A DNA stretch of 64,000 nt from Octopus sinensis (GCF_006345805.1 NC_043000.1:68324001-68388000); one strand, 5' to 3'; shown: positions 26,626-40,052, numbered from the stretch's first letter. Notes: a model not told the origin generated them from the letters alone. Translations and numbers: made by a program.

Positions 26626-26654
26626 GAGTTGTGGCATATTGACACACAGACGAA

Positions 26655-26830
26655 AATTTGAGTGGATGGTTATGTCGATTTGACTTACTACCAGTATTTG
26701 ACTTGTACATATTTTATCGAAATCGGAAGGATAAAAAGTAAACTTTACTTTGATGAGATTTAGACTCAAAACGTAAAGAGACATCATTAAATGCTGCAAC
26801 GTATTTTATCCGTTGCTCTAACGTTTCTGA
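26655..26830 (-). mobile_element. SINE family A, degenerate
   Basis: tattttatcgaaatcggaaggataaaaagtaaac...gactcaaaacgtaaag. Confidence 0.55.
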
Positions 26831-27635
26831 CATTCATCGATTTTGCACAAAGACAATTAAGGAAGGGGTCAAGGCTAAAAGCTCAAAGTAAGAAAAACAG
26901 CATAGATATATTTTTATACTGTAGCTGACACTTGAATTAAGCTCCTAGTTTTCTATGGCAGGACTATAAATTTGTTGTAGAGTTGCACTTCCCGATCTCA
27001 ACGGTCAATTGACAACAAGAAAGCTGACCATGGCAGCGTACTAAGTCATAGCTAAATTAAACGCTACTTTAAAACAAACGTTGCTAGTTGTGCTGCCTAA
27101 AATGTAACGCGATCCTATTTTCTTACGATGCATGGAGAAAAGCAGAAATGATATACATTGCCATTTATAGTAAGGTTAATCCGGATGAAAACATAAATAA
27201 CCATGATGTTGAAATTACCTTCAATACCTACGCACAGTGTATACAGCATATACATTTATTTATACACAACGATGCGCAGACTCATAAATATATAATCCCA
27301 GTTATTACATGTCGCATACATGCATCCACACTCACGCAATCTGTCTCTTCGTCACAGATTAATCAACACAGATAAATACACGTGCACGCGCGCACACACA
27401 CACACACACACATGAATACAAGCATATATACACATATAAATATATACATGGATGCACACGTACATGCATGCGTACAGCATACAAACATGCATGCACACAC
27501 ACATGCGCGTATGTACGTACTTGTATATATGCATGTCTTTCTGTGTCTGTCCCTTTTTCTTTGTATCTACATACGTACATACATACGTATATACATGCAT
27601 GCACACACACACACACATACACACACACACACACA

Positions 27636-27790
27636 GACGTAAATGTGTGGTAGACGTTTACTTTTTAACCACATGATTCCGGCTTCAGCCTTATGGCCTG
27701 ATACATTGAGCAAGTATTACTATAGCCCTGGGCCAACCAAAGCCTTGTGAGTGGATTTAGTAGACAAAAACTGAAGGAAACCAGTTGTGT
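27636..27790 (+). mobile_element. SINE family B, head only
   Basis: tgtggtagacg...aaccacatgattcc...actatagccctgggccaaccaaagccttgtgagtggattt. Confidence 0.75.
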
Positions 27791-27791
27791 G

Positions 27792-27835
<44 letters not shown>

Positions 27836-27933
27836 ATATATATATATATTATATATATATATATATATGAGAGCGATAGTACTATTAAGATTCCATCACT
27901 AGTGGCAAACAAATACTAGCCGTATAGGCAAAC

Positions 27934-27977
<44 letters not shown>

Positions 27978-27999
27978 TAATAATAATAATAATAATAAA

Positions 28000-28207
28000 T
28001 ATTCAGACAAATACATAACAAAAACACCAGGACTTACAAACACATATAACATACAGAAAATTGCACTACTAGGCACTGCACACATCCTACGCAGAACACT
28101 TTCCATACAATAACCATCAGGGCATCACAACAAATCACAGCACATACCCAAGGCACACAGAGCTGCGCTCGGTAGTGAAGAGAAAGCACGCTATAAAAAT
28201 AAAACTA

Positions 28208-28210
<3 letters not shown>
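28000..28210 (+). mobile_element. R4/Dong LINE extreme 3' end between two (AAT)n arrays
   Basis: Encodes IQKIALLGTAHILRRTLSIQ* (stop 28111-28113), then ~95-bp 3' UTR and (AAT)n. Confidence 0.85.
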
Positions 28211-28296
<86 letters not shown>

Positions 28297-28298
<2 letters not shown>

Positions 28299-28541
28299 TG
28301 ATGATATCACACTAGCCATAGATGAGATTGACACAAACTCAGCTGCTGGACCTGATGGATTTCCAGCGATCCTTTTCAGATCGTGCAAACGAGCCCTTGC
28401 AAAACCGCTACAACTTCTTTTGCAGAGCTTTCTTGCAAGTGGTAAGCTCCCAGTCAAATTGATCGTCTCAATGCAAAATATCAGCTACTGGGAAAGACTG
28501 AAAGTATTAAACCTCTTCTCCCTAGAGCGAAGGCGGGAGAG
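28297..28541 (+). mobile_element. CR1-type LINE, two fused fragments
   Basis: IDEIDTNSAAGPDGFPAILF..C..ALAKPL joined to SYWERLKVLNLFSLERRRER. Confidence 0.8.
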
Positions 28542-29261
28542 ATAGGGGGGGGGGGCAGTATAACAGATGTGACTTGTTTGCGTGGAAGAAATGTACCAAA
28601 TTTTCACTTCTAGATTTACTCTTATAAACACTAGACAGGAACAGGCTATGAGATGTCCTCACTGGACAAAATGTATGTATGTATGTATGTATGTATGTAT
28701 GTATGTATGTATGTATGTATGTATGTATGTATGTATGTATGCTTGCATGCATGTATGTATTATGTGCAAATTTGTATGCTTGCATGCATGTATGTATTAT
28801 GTGCAAATTTGTATGCTTTATGTATGTATTATCATGCATATAGTTATATACTTAGGCATGCTCGTATATATTTAAATGATAAAATTCTGGAAAGTTTTAC
28901 AGATTTTTACAGTTCCAGTGATGGATTGGATCTGTAGTCTTCGAATTAGCTTTCTCCTTTCTGGTTTTGAGAAGCCTAATTTCTCATGTATGTATGTATG
29001 TATGTATGTATGTATGTATGTATGTATGTATGTATGTATGTATGTATGTATGTATGTATGTATCTATGTATGTATGTATATCTTTCTTTTATGTATATGT
29101 CAGTGATGTAAATACTTGCAAGAAAATCGTAAAACTGGGGATTACCAACGGACTCACTTGTTCAACACAGATTGCTCAGACACTACCAATGTTCGTTTTA
29201 TCACCAGAAAATGCAGTGAGCCAATGAAACCAGTAGCCAAGCTATTGTTTACTAAATGAAA

Positions 29262-29270
29262 TAATGATAA

Positions 29271-29308
<38 letters not shown>

Positions 29309-29369
29309 TATTATTATTATTATTATTATTAATAATAATAATAATAATGATAATAATAATAATAATAAT

Positions 29370-29445
<76 letters not shown>

Positions 29446-29518
29446 TAACAATAACAAGAACAAGAACAAGAACAAGAACAAGAACAAGAACAAGAACAAC
29501 AACAACAACAACAACAAC

Positions 29519-29560
<42 letters not shown>
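29262..29560. repeat. Compound (ATT)n/(AAT)n/(AATGAT)/(AAGAAC)n/(AAC)n microsatellite
   Basis: Direct sequence. Confidence 0.95.
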
Positions 29561-29561
<1 letters not shown>

Positions 29562-30094
29562 GCCCTGATGCATGGCTTCTAATCTTAACTGATTGGAAGT
29601 GTATCATGTACATTGTTTTGTCTTGGTATAAAAGATGGGCTACAGCAAATATTCTGCTCACTACCACAGATTTGCTTGTCAGTTGTTTGACTTTAACCAG
29701 TTGAGCATGTCCCTTAGTGGCTGGCGATATGTGCATCTCTGATCACGTGCAGAAATAGTGGGGGAGCATCATAGCCATGTGTTGAGAGGGATTCTTTGGG
29801 GTTTGAATAATTCACCTCTGGAAACATGGGTGTTTCGTTCAACATCCTTAAACAACCCTTATTCAGGGACCTTTCGAGTGGGATGGGTTACTCGACCTGA
29901 AGAAAATTCTAACTGGGCCCCACCTGCAAGGTCATGTGCTGTTTATTTTGATATGAGATCACTATGTCGCGCACATATGGTTGTGATGCATGTGCCTAGT
30001 GTACCCTTATCAGACGGGTAGTCATGATGGGTATTCCGGGCTTCGTATATTTTACCCCAGTGTCACTTTGATGGCATGCACTGCTCTCTCACTC
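29561..30094. mobile_element. ~535-bp non-coding repeat embedded in (AAT)n, copy 2
   Basis: Matches 12421-12975 with a 20-bp deletion near its left end. Confidence 0.85.
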
Positions 30095-30140
<46 letters not shown>

Positions 30141-30149
30141 TCGAATAAT

Positions 30150-31519
30150 AATTCCTTAGCAGTTCCAGTTGTTACTTATAGCTACAATGTGTTGAACTGG
30201 AATATGAGTGAAGTAAAGAATATAGATAGGAAAATACGCAAGCTGCTGAGTTGTAATAGGATGCACCACCCAAAGGCAGACGTAGATCGCCTTTACCTTC
30301 CCAGAGCTCAAGGAGGTTGAGGCCTGATCCAATTTGAACTAGCTTACAAAACAACCACAATTGGACAGGCCAAATATCTTGAAATAACGAATGACTGGAT
30401 GCTAAAGCTCGTGGAAAATCACGAGAGACGAAAGAAGCTTCATTCTATCTTAAAGGAAAGCAAAAAATTTGCTATTGATCTCGTGCAGGATACCCAAACT
30501 GAACAATCTGAGGGAAGTACGGCAACTATTGTTGCAAAGAAGGTGAAAATAATGGCTACGAAAAAAGCGCACGAGCAATTGGCGGATAGGTGGGAGGAGA
30601 AACCTCTGCACGGCAAATATGTGGCCCGCAGCAAACAAGCTGATGTTGACCAGAAGCAAACCCATCAGTGGCTACGGAGCTGAGGGCTAAAAGCAGAGAG
30701 CGAAGGTTTCATCCTGGCTGCTCAAGATCAAAGCCTATTAACCCGGAACTACCAGGCCAATGTGATGAAAAATGGAGCAGACCCAAAATGCCGATTCTGC
30801 AACGACATGATTGAAACAGTGGACCACCTAATCTCTGGATGTAAAGTCTTAGCACCAGTGGAGTATAAATTAAGACATGACAGAGTTGGCCAATATCTAC
30901 ACTGGCTAATAAGTCGGCATTACAATATCAAAACTGCCGACAAGTGGTATAATCACCACCCTGAAGCTGTAACTGAAGGAGAAAATGTAACGATTCTGTG
31001 GGACTTTCCAGTACATACAGACCGAACCATCAAAGCCAATAAACCAGACATTGTTGTGAAAGACCAATACAATAAAGTTTGCTTATTGATCGACATGAGC
31101 ATCCCCTGTGATCATAATATCTCGGCGAAAGAGTTTGACAAGCTCAGAAAATATAAAGACCTGCTCATTGAAATTGAGAAAATGTGGCATCTCAAGGCGG
31201 TTACAATACCAGTGATCGTAGGAGCACTAGGAATGATCAAGAAGGGAACCGAAAATTATATGAGAATGATCCCTGGCTTACCATCCCTGCAAGAAGTGCA
31301 AAAGATTGTCTTAACTGGTACATCACACGTATTGAGAAGAGCATTGTCGATGTGAGAACTATTACTACCCATGTATTTTAATTTAACTTTAAAAAAATGA
31401 ACTATTGAATTTAGTTTAATGGCCTACCAATGTATACTATGAGTTTCTTTGCCCTAGGAGTCGGGAAGACACTGGGCAAGAAATGGAAGCAAATTTGAAA
31501 GAAGAAAAAAAATAATAAT
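30150..31519 (+). mobile_element. R4/Dong-clade LINE, 5'-truncated, relatively young
   Basis: One frame 30150-31355 with only two TGA stops (30318, 30681): HHPKADVDRLYLPR.GG, AAQDQSLLTRNY, CCHC knuckle CRFC..IETVDHLISGC, REL endonuclease KPDIVV..LIDMSIP..K..KY; ends VQKIVLTGTSHVLRRAL; 3' UTR and aataataa tail. Confidence 0.95.
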
Positions 31520-31797
31520 AAAACAAACCTGAAGTTTAATCAGCTGTCGTGTTAACTTGACCGACAGCAAGTAAGATCATTCAGTCAGTGTCAAGTGACC
31601 TTAAACGACCAAGGAATAGACTCTAGCAAATACAGATTGTAATATATTGTACTACGTGTCACTCCCACCGTATAGATTTTGATTGAGATAAAACTAATGT
31701 AGACGCACACACACACACGCACGCACGCACGCACACACGTACGCATGCACACACACACATGTACTCGTACATAGGCATCTATCTATCTATCTATCTA

Positions 31798-31900
<103 letters not shown>

Positions 31901-32790
31901 TAAGCAATAAAGGGTTTAGCAACGAATTGCCTTACCACATACCGAATTTAGAAATAGCAGTCAAAGAGTTATAGCTATTACTTCTACTAAAAAGGGAGAT
32001 CTCAGTAAAAACAGCAATTGGAAGGCAGACACAAACAGGTAAGAGAGAATGAATTGACGGCAATCTATCATACAATTTTAAGTTATCTACGGACGTACGT
32101 TTCTAAATCAAGTTTTTAGGAAAGCATAAGAATTAAATATTAAATAATTCTATCTTACCAAAAACTTCTTTTCTCTTCAGCGTAGAATACTATAATCATA
32201 AATGATTATATATTGAATTTTGAGATACTAGAAGGCACCAACTCAACTCAGTATCAGAGCGAGCTAGAATCCGCAACTAGTATCACCAAATTCAATGTGT
32301 GAATGGAAAGATTGTGTCACCAGCCCCTTCCCACCCGCGTGTAGCCAAAACAAGATGCTGTGGTCATCTACTGAGATAAAATATGGTTATCCGTAATAAT
32401 GAAGGGTGAAATTAATTAATTTGGAATAATTATCAATTACACCAAAGGTGTGTGTGTGTGTGTGTGTGTGTATAATACACAAACACACGCACTCAGTCAA
32501 CTTTTATGCTTCAGAAATATTTCTTCTGACATCCACCATTCATGACTCTGAAGTTACTATCATTTGAAAATAGTGAAAATGAAAATATGTTTGAAAACAA
32601 AGTTACTGTAAAGAATTAAAAAGCAAAAGCTATATAATTTCTTTTCAGATTTGCTTATATATTTTGTATGCTTTTCTTAGCCGAATCAAAACTAGACACA
32701 AATAAAATGACAAAGGCCTTTTGTCGAAACAACTCCTGTGGTTTGTTGATATGTGAATGAATGAGAATATGCATATGCGCGTGTACGTGC

Positions 32791-32896
<106 letters not shown>

Positions 32897-33224
32897 ATAT
32901 ATGTATATATATGAAAGAAGGCTTGAAAATGCAATTTTAAAAGATGTTTATTTACTTTACCGGTTTCACTTTTTAGAAAAAGATTGTCAAAAGTAACATG
33001 TAAAAGTTGGGTTGTGTTAATTATTGGTTGTCACAAAATGCTACAATACATATACACAGTCTTTGGTAACAAGAACATGTTAAGGACATAAAAAAGTTTA
33101 ACAAGTTCATTAAAATATTGGGCACAAAAGATTACAACATAAATATACATTCTCAAGAAAATGTTAAAGATAGTTCCCAGAAGGAATTATTAAGACTGAA
33201 CTTTTTAATAATTCCTTCTGGAAT

Positions 33225-34220
33225 AGGGAAGGTAAGTGTTGCATTTGGAAAGCTAGAAAAGCGAGTATGGGCGAGTATTTCCCTGCAGATAAAAATCAGT
33301 GTCTATAAAACGTGTGTATTGATTGCACTTCTTTATTCGAGTGAGACGTGGACCACTTACCGGCATCATATGAAAATGCTGGAGAGATTTCATCAAAAGT
33401 ACCTCAGACGTATCTTGGGAGTCAAGTGGGAACGTTTCATACCATATACAGAAGTTTTGCGCATGACACGTCGTAGCTCAATTGAACAGTATACCAACTT
33501 GGCTCAAATGAGATGGGCTGGACATATTATTAGAATGAAAGATGAGCGATTGCCAAAGAGTCTTTTTTATGGTGAGCTCAACTCTGGTAAGCGACCACAA
33601 CATAAGCCGAGGAAAGGTATAAAGACTGTGTGAAGGAAAGCCTGAAGAAACTAGATATGAACAAAAGTGATTGAAAAATTGATATTCTAGATCGGAACAA
33701 GTGGAGAGGTGCTGTTAGGACTGGTTGCAAGGCCTAGGAGGAAAAGATGATTCAGCACTCTGAGCTTAAAATGGTTTGATGGAAAGGAACAATTGGAACT
33801 GAAATCAGCAGTGAATATTGAATATGTATTACGTGTGATCGTGTTCTGTTGTCAAAAGCAGGATATGTGAACCATATGAAGTCACATGACAATCATAATG
33901 CTCAGATAGGTAATGATCTTGGATATCAACCACCTCTTATGACTTGTGTCATATGTAAAAAAAACTTGTAAGACAATATCTGGATTTAAAAGACATATAG
34001 TAGTTCACAAAATCATTCCTCCAGAATCAGATTCCAAAGGGCAAAGATATAGAAGAAACTTGAATAATATCTGCCATTTGTGTTTTAAACCCTGTCAGTC
34101 AGCAGCTGGTCTTAAAAGTCATCTGAGGGCTCAACAGAGGGATTGTGTTGTGTGATGGGGGTGTGGTGTGTGTGTTGATGGGACGGCTATCATCTGCCAA
34201 GATGAAGCAATCATCATGTA
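33225..34220 (+). mobile_element. RTE-clade LINE 3' portion with C-terminal C2H2 zinc fingers
   Basis: AFGKLEKRVW, K..VY..CVL..LLYSSETW, RWAGHI.RM.DERLPK.LFYGEL, then CITCDRVLLSKAGYVNHMKSH, CVICKK/TCKTISGFKRHIVVH and CHLCFKPCQSAAGLKSHLRAQ. Confidence 0.9.
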
Positions 34221-34324
34221 TGTGTAAGGGTCGGGGTGTAGGTGTGTGTACAAGAGTTGAACAAAGAGTAATGCAAAAGTGGACAGAACATTTCTTTTAA
34301 CTGACTTAGATCATTCAAATAGAT

Positions 34325-34410
34325 CAGTAGTTCCCAACCTTTTCACAATCGTTCCCAACCCTTTTATTTAAATGAGTTTTTCCACGGACCCTTTTTAATA
34401 TGCTTATCGT

Positions 34411-34458
<48 letters not shown>

Positions 34459-34523
34459 GAAATTTTGAATTTAGTTTACGGACCCCCAGTACTACCTTTG
34501 CGGTCCCAGGACGGGAACCACTG
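34325..34523. mobile_element. hAT (Buster/Charlie-type) MITE, 199 bp
   Basis: Ends cagtagttccc and gggaaccactg; 8-bp TSD aaatagat/aaatagct (7/8, TA at positions 4-5). Confidence 0.85.
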
Positions 34524-35092
34524 AAATAGCTCATTTTAGTGGAGTAATTCTTCCTCAATATAAAAGTACTTCTCAGTATAACCTGCTATCGCAAGCAATG
34601 CATTTACGTCATCATTGAATTCAACTCTCTAATCTTCTTGAAGAAAGGCATACATAAATACACGGATACATTTTAATTGCACATACATATATGGCAGTCA
34701 CACACTAGCCACTTCCCACCGCCACCAAAATGAAATTACGAAAATATTCTCGCATAAATTTGGAGGGTAAAAAATCGAGCTAACTTTCTCAAAGCTAGAG
34801 AATATCAGAAATCCACTAAGAACACATAAAAGAAATGATACATCACGAAAAGACGTATAATAAACACAAAATAAACAACAGAAATGGAAATGTTCAGTAC
34901 ATAAACAGAAACAGAACTATAACTACACAAATAAAAACAAATGAAAAGGAATATTTTACAGTCTGCTGTCAGTGACATTTTACGTCTGTTCAGAGAGGAG
35001 CGAATAAGTCCAGCATGTATCCATAAAGATCGTTGGGCTGACAATCATTGGACGATTTGCACCTCATATACTCATCGACAAACATTTCTTAC

Positions 35093-35170
35093 CTACAGTT
35101 ACCATTCTTTCACAACATTCCACCATTTCTTCCGACTGCCGCAACAGACTGTTGAGGTAAACCCGAAAGT
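35093..35170 (-). CDS. Candidate isolated coding exon or coding remnant, product unknown
   Basis: tttgcag acceptor, 78-nt phase-1/phase-1 open exon (D)FRVYLNSLLRQSEEMVECCERMVTV(G), gtaaga donor. Confidence 0.25.
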
Positions 35171-35254
35171 CTGCAAACTTTCGTAATGTTAAGAGTAAAC
35201 TATCAAAAGTTAGATAAATATTTTGTTTCAAGCATAGCTAAAAGAAACTCTTAT

Positions 35255-35730
35255 TTTCGAGGAGAATGCAGTTGATTCTATTGACCCTAGTACATGTTAT
35301 CGACCCTAGAATGATGAAGGTAAAGTTGAGCTCGAAGGGATTTAAGCTCAGAAGGAAAAGAGCTATTGGTTAATATTCCTTTCTACTATAGGCACAAGAC
35401 CGGAAATTTGGGGAGGGGTGGGGGTTAATCGAATACATTGACGCTAGTGCTCATCCAGAGCGTAATTTATCGAACCCGCAAGGATGAAAGGTTAAATCGA
35501 CCACGGCGGTATTTGAACTCAGAACGTAAAACCGGAAAAAATTCCGCTAAGCATTTTGTCCGGCGCGGAGACAATTCTGCCAGTTCGCCGCCTTACTAAG
35601 TGGTCTCATATTTTGGAACAAGGCCCCCGAGTTCGGGGGAAGGGGTAAGTCGATCACATCGACCCCAACTAGTACTTATTTTATTGACCCCGAAAGTATG
35701 AAAAGCAAAGCTGACCTCCTTGGAATTCAC
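35255..35730 (-). mobile_element. Three tandem SINE family A copies (one near complete at 35372-35595, two partial)
   Basis: Repeated atcgaccc/ggatgaaagg/gaactcagaacg motifs. Confidence 0.8.
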
Positions 35731-36269
35731 CATAAGTAAATCTTACAGGGCATTTTGGCCAACACTTTACCGATTCTTTAAATTGTATCATAGGCTTTCA
35801 TTTAAGGTCCAGAGATTTTTTTTTAAAAGGGTTATTTAAAGAAGGACCTACGGCGCTCATAATCCTTTTCAAGGTCACCGAGACTGGTGAGGCGAAAAGG
35901 AAGGAGCTATCCTTAGACAAGAGACCTCACTTGGAGGCTTGCAACAAAGGATTTATCATTAAACTCACATAAAAGTAGACTACGTTAAAGAGGGCGACGG
36001 ATTAAGTTTGTCACCGATGAACAAGAGTGTTAGCTCTGACAAGGCTTTGGTTCGCCTGGATTTATGGGAGAAGTCACTTGTTCAGTATACTCACAGTGGA
36101 TGGAACCCGAAATCACGTAATTGCTCTGTGAAATTTTTAAGTACACAGCGATCTCTGTAACCCCTGGAATAATGTGACAAAGTGCATTATCACTCAACGT
36201 CATTACAGTTTCGGTTTGCTGGAGTTTACATGTTGTTTTACAAAACTCTCATATAGACCGTGCTGTATA

Positions 36270-36443
36270 AGAATATTCTTTTCTACTCTAGGCACAAGGC
36301 CCAACATTTTTGGGGAGAGGGCCCATTCGATTAGATCGACCCCAGTACGCAACTGGTCCTTAATTTATCGACCCCGAAAGATCGAAAAATAAAGTTGACC
36401 TCGGCGGAATTTGAACTCAGAACGTAAAGACAGACGAAATACT
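36270..36443 (-). mobile_element. SINE family A, head missing
   Basis: Close match to 22857-23026. Confidence 0.9.
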
Positions 36444-37647
36444 GCTCAGCACAGTGCTGTAAAGGAATATTAAATGCTTGTGCATCTGAAGATTAAAATA
36501 AACATGGAAAAATAACGATTCGTTACTTTGGCAGAACGCCATGAATTTGGTGGTTAGGTATAGTCAATTTCACCGGTGGAAGTTGAACTCACAAAGTAAA
36601 GACATGTAACTAAATACTGAAAGGTAATTAGCCTGGCACTTCACTGTTTCTACTATTCCACTGTTCCAGTCATTAAAGAACAGAATGAATAAATACCAGA
36701 GCAGTATTTTTTTTTGTGAAATATAAATATATAAATTCCCTTTGTATATTTTATGTTTATTAACTACGTTGGTTGAAAGATTATCTCGACTTATTCGGAA
36801 GATATGTACAGACGTACACAAACATATAAGATTATGGAAATGAATATATGCATATGGATGAGTATACAAATATACATGTGTATCATATATGTCTTCTACG
36901 TGTAAATATGTACGAGCGTACTAGTGTGTGCATGTGTTAAAATTGCTTAAAACCCGAGTACAATGAAAGCTGGAAATGAAGAAATGGAAAGAGAAGTAGA
37001 CAAGATTAAACAACGGTCTACACTTTCATATTATATTTCAATATTTTGCAGTTAAAATCCTCTTATCCAGAGAAAATAAAGAATAGTATGTTTTGCAAAT
37101 ATATATGTGGGAAGGAGATGTTGCGACATGCACAGACTGGTATTCTTATAGAAGGCAATCGGCTTTGTACAGTTCACATCTATTGTTAATGGATGGATTC
37201 AATTCTTTAATGAACCAATATTCTGTTCTGTGACCTTGATAGTAGCCGTAATGTCTTTCAATGTGACATTCCTTTATATTTTTCTTGAAATATTTGTTTC
37301 TTAATGTGGATATGTAGTTTGCAGACAATGCTTCCAATGTAGCAAATATCGCAACAAGACCGGCCAAACACGGAGAAAAATGCGTAGGAACCTCATTAGT
37401 AAAGACGTACCTAATCCAAATAAGGAACTTTAAATTCGTTATTTGGAATAAAGATGTCTTTTTCAATGAGGTTCCTATACACACACATGCGTGCACGCAC
37501 ACACATACACAGACATCTGTATGTCACGCTTAAAATAGATACAGTGTTGAGAGTCTCGAGATAGCATCTCTTATAGCTGTATAAAGTTGAAAAAACATGT
37601 ATATATATATATATCAGTAGTAGACGAAAATCGTTCAGCTGCTGGAC

Positions 37648-37961
37648 ATGGCTTCTCATCGTTTACGACGGTGTGTGTTCTAGTTGATACGGTCAACTAA
37701 ACAGCCTGCACGTGAAATTAACGTACAAGTGGCTGAGCAGTCAACAGGAAGGCGTAACCTTAACGATCTCTGGGAGATTTAGCGTGACACAGGATCTGAC
37801 CCCTTTGAATTATAAGCATAAAACATTTTTTCCTGCTGAGTGAACTGAAGCAACATCAAATAAAGTGTCTTGCTCAAGGACTCATCACGCTGCCGGTAAT
37901 CGAACTCACAACTTTATGATTGTGAGCCGAATATCCTGAACACTAATCTACACATCTTCAC
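37648..37961 (-). mobile_element. SINE family C
   Basis: ataaagtgtcttgctcaagga and ggtaatcgaactcac; inverted match to 26301-26625. Confidence 0.78.
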
Positions 37962-38118
37962 TGCAGCGAAAGTGGTATTGCTAATTACGTTTTTCTGCCT
38001 CCTTAGGCTTCGTCAATAACAAGTATCCACTGGCAATCGCATAGATGCCAAGTCTAGTTTTTGAAAGTGTCATGCGATCACAGACTGTGCAAGTGAGTTT
38101 ACTCCTAGATCATCTACA

Positions 38119-38230
38119 ATGCAGAGTTTCAAAATGCTACAATTTTTGGGCATTAAGTTTTACTATTCGATGGGCTTGCTGAATGTTCTCAAACTTGATA
38201 CGTTTTTATTCAATGTGAAATGTTTCCAAG
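38119..38230 (+). CDS. Possible first coding exon (speculative), phase-1 donor
   Basis: ATG at 38119 open to caag|gtgagc at 38230/38231; phase-compatible with candidate exon 42331-42462. Confidence 0.15.
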
Positions 38231-39317
38231 GTGAGCGCAGTGAAACTGAACCCGACAGGACATGGTTGCGAAACGAACCATGTGTGTATTTTGTGTGTAT
38301 GTGTGTTTTGCGTGTGTGTTTGTAGTACATACACACCCATATGGACATGCGTATACACACTCACAAACAAGCACACACACATGTATATTTACATGTGTAT
38401 GCATTAATGATAATTTTAAATTTGGGTGTACACCTTGTACCATGCCGTTTAAAGCCCGTTCACAGTAATCGGCAATCTGATGTCACCCACAGTATGGATG
38501 TAAATGCCACTGGATTTACTTCTGGAATTCTTTCGTGTCCGTAGAGTTTTTAAAATATGTGAGAAAGAGAAAGAAAATGGAATTCACGAAATATTTTTTA
38601 TTAAACACTACGATCGTTTTGACCCATCGAGCATCGGTCCCTCGCAGGTGAGATACTAAACAAACAAATGTGGTGCACCAGAGGTACGAAACAGAGATTA
38701 AAAAATAAGGTGCCTTTTAACAAGTCACCTGACGAGACACATCTACATCTGTTTGTACAGCATCTCAGCCGCGAGGCAGCAATGCACGATTGGTTGAAAC
38801 GATCATGTGTATACACACACACACACGTGTGTGTGTGTATTATATATATCTGTAATATATACATTTATAAATATATAGGTGCATATTTTGCTGTGTAATA
38901 TACATATATTTGCATATTTCTGTGTCGATATGTGTGAGCCGTGATCATGCGTGTGTGCATGACTGAAGGGCTGGTTTAATAGATGTTCTTAGCTTTTTAA
39001 AAAAAACTTGTTGAAAAACAGTACAATAGTTGTAAGCGCCAAATTCCCATGAAAAACGTTTCGCTTACAAAAAATTGCCGTGAACTTCTTGCTATTTTGT
39101 ATCGACTGCCATAGAGCCATCACCCTAGTTTGACTTCATTGGCCGAAGATCTATCCCTCTTTACTTTTTACTGAATCTAATGAAGCTAATCAGTGAAATA
39201 TTCTTTAGAGTATGTGTAATTCTTTAGAAGGAGTGTAATTGTATTACTGTATGTGTCTGAGCACGTATATTGTGAGAAAGTGAAAAAGAGAGGAGAGAAT
39301 GAGAGGAATGGAGGGTA

Positions 39318-39372
<55 letters not shown>

Positions 39373-39784
39373 TGTGTGTGTGGTTGCTTTTATTTTCTAT
39401 TCACAGCTGGAAATATATATGACCTAAATTATTTTGTCGATGAAGCTCCCTACTGCAGATTAGAGCTCCTGAAATATCATCTGATAGGCCACGGTCTTTC
39501 TTTAACATTGTCCATAACTTTATTGATATGCGTAAATGCTCATGCATTTGCGTTTGTTATTATGTGTATGTAATAATTCATAACTATCCGTGGCTTTATG
39601 CAAGTGCGTAAATGTGTTTGGATTCTGTGGTTGTAATTAGGGCTTCTTGATTTTAACTGTAATCGTGCATTCGGTCGTTATGTGAATGCACCATATATAA
39701 AGGATTATATCACACACACACACATACGCCACACACCATACACACACATATATAAGCAGTATGTGTGTGTGTATTAATATGTCG

Positions 39785-40052
39785 ACCAAATTATCGGATG
39801 TGGCCACAATGCACTTCCTCGCATTGTTTTAGCTTCCAAATGATGCCAACTCGGTGGCTTGGCGAGCAGGCCAACATTCCCCTTGAATGGGATGCCAATC
39901 CGTCACTAGGTTACTCATTTATAGCTAAGGGGTCTGAAGCAACACGAAAAGAAGTGGTTTTGCTCACAAATACATCCTACCGGCTTGGGAATCGAAATCG
40001 TGATCTTGCGATCGTAAATACAACTCCACTACCCATGAAGCCACGCGCTTTC
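39785..40052 (-). mobile_element. SINE family E
   Basis: Minus strand has tRNA-like A/B boxes (gtggcttcatgggtag, gatttcgattccc) and shares a body with 19342-19595. Confidence 0.7.

Noticed and set aside
32039-32180. GT...AG pair with good donor and acceptor
   Set aside because: The downstream exon has stops in all three frames; could only be non-coding and is unsupported.
38720-38800. CTGACGA...GAAAC hammerhead-like spacing
   Set aside because: A 60-nt insert with weak stem II, and no stem I or valid cleavage triplet.
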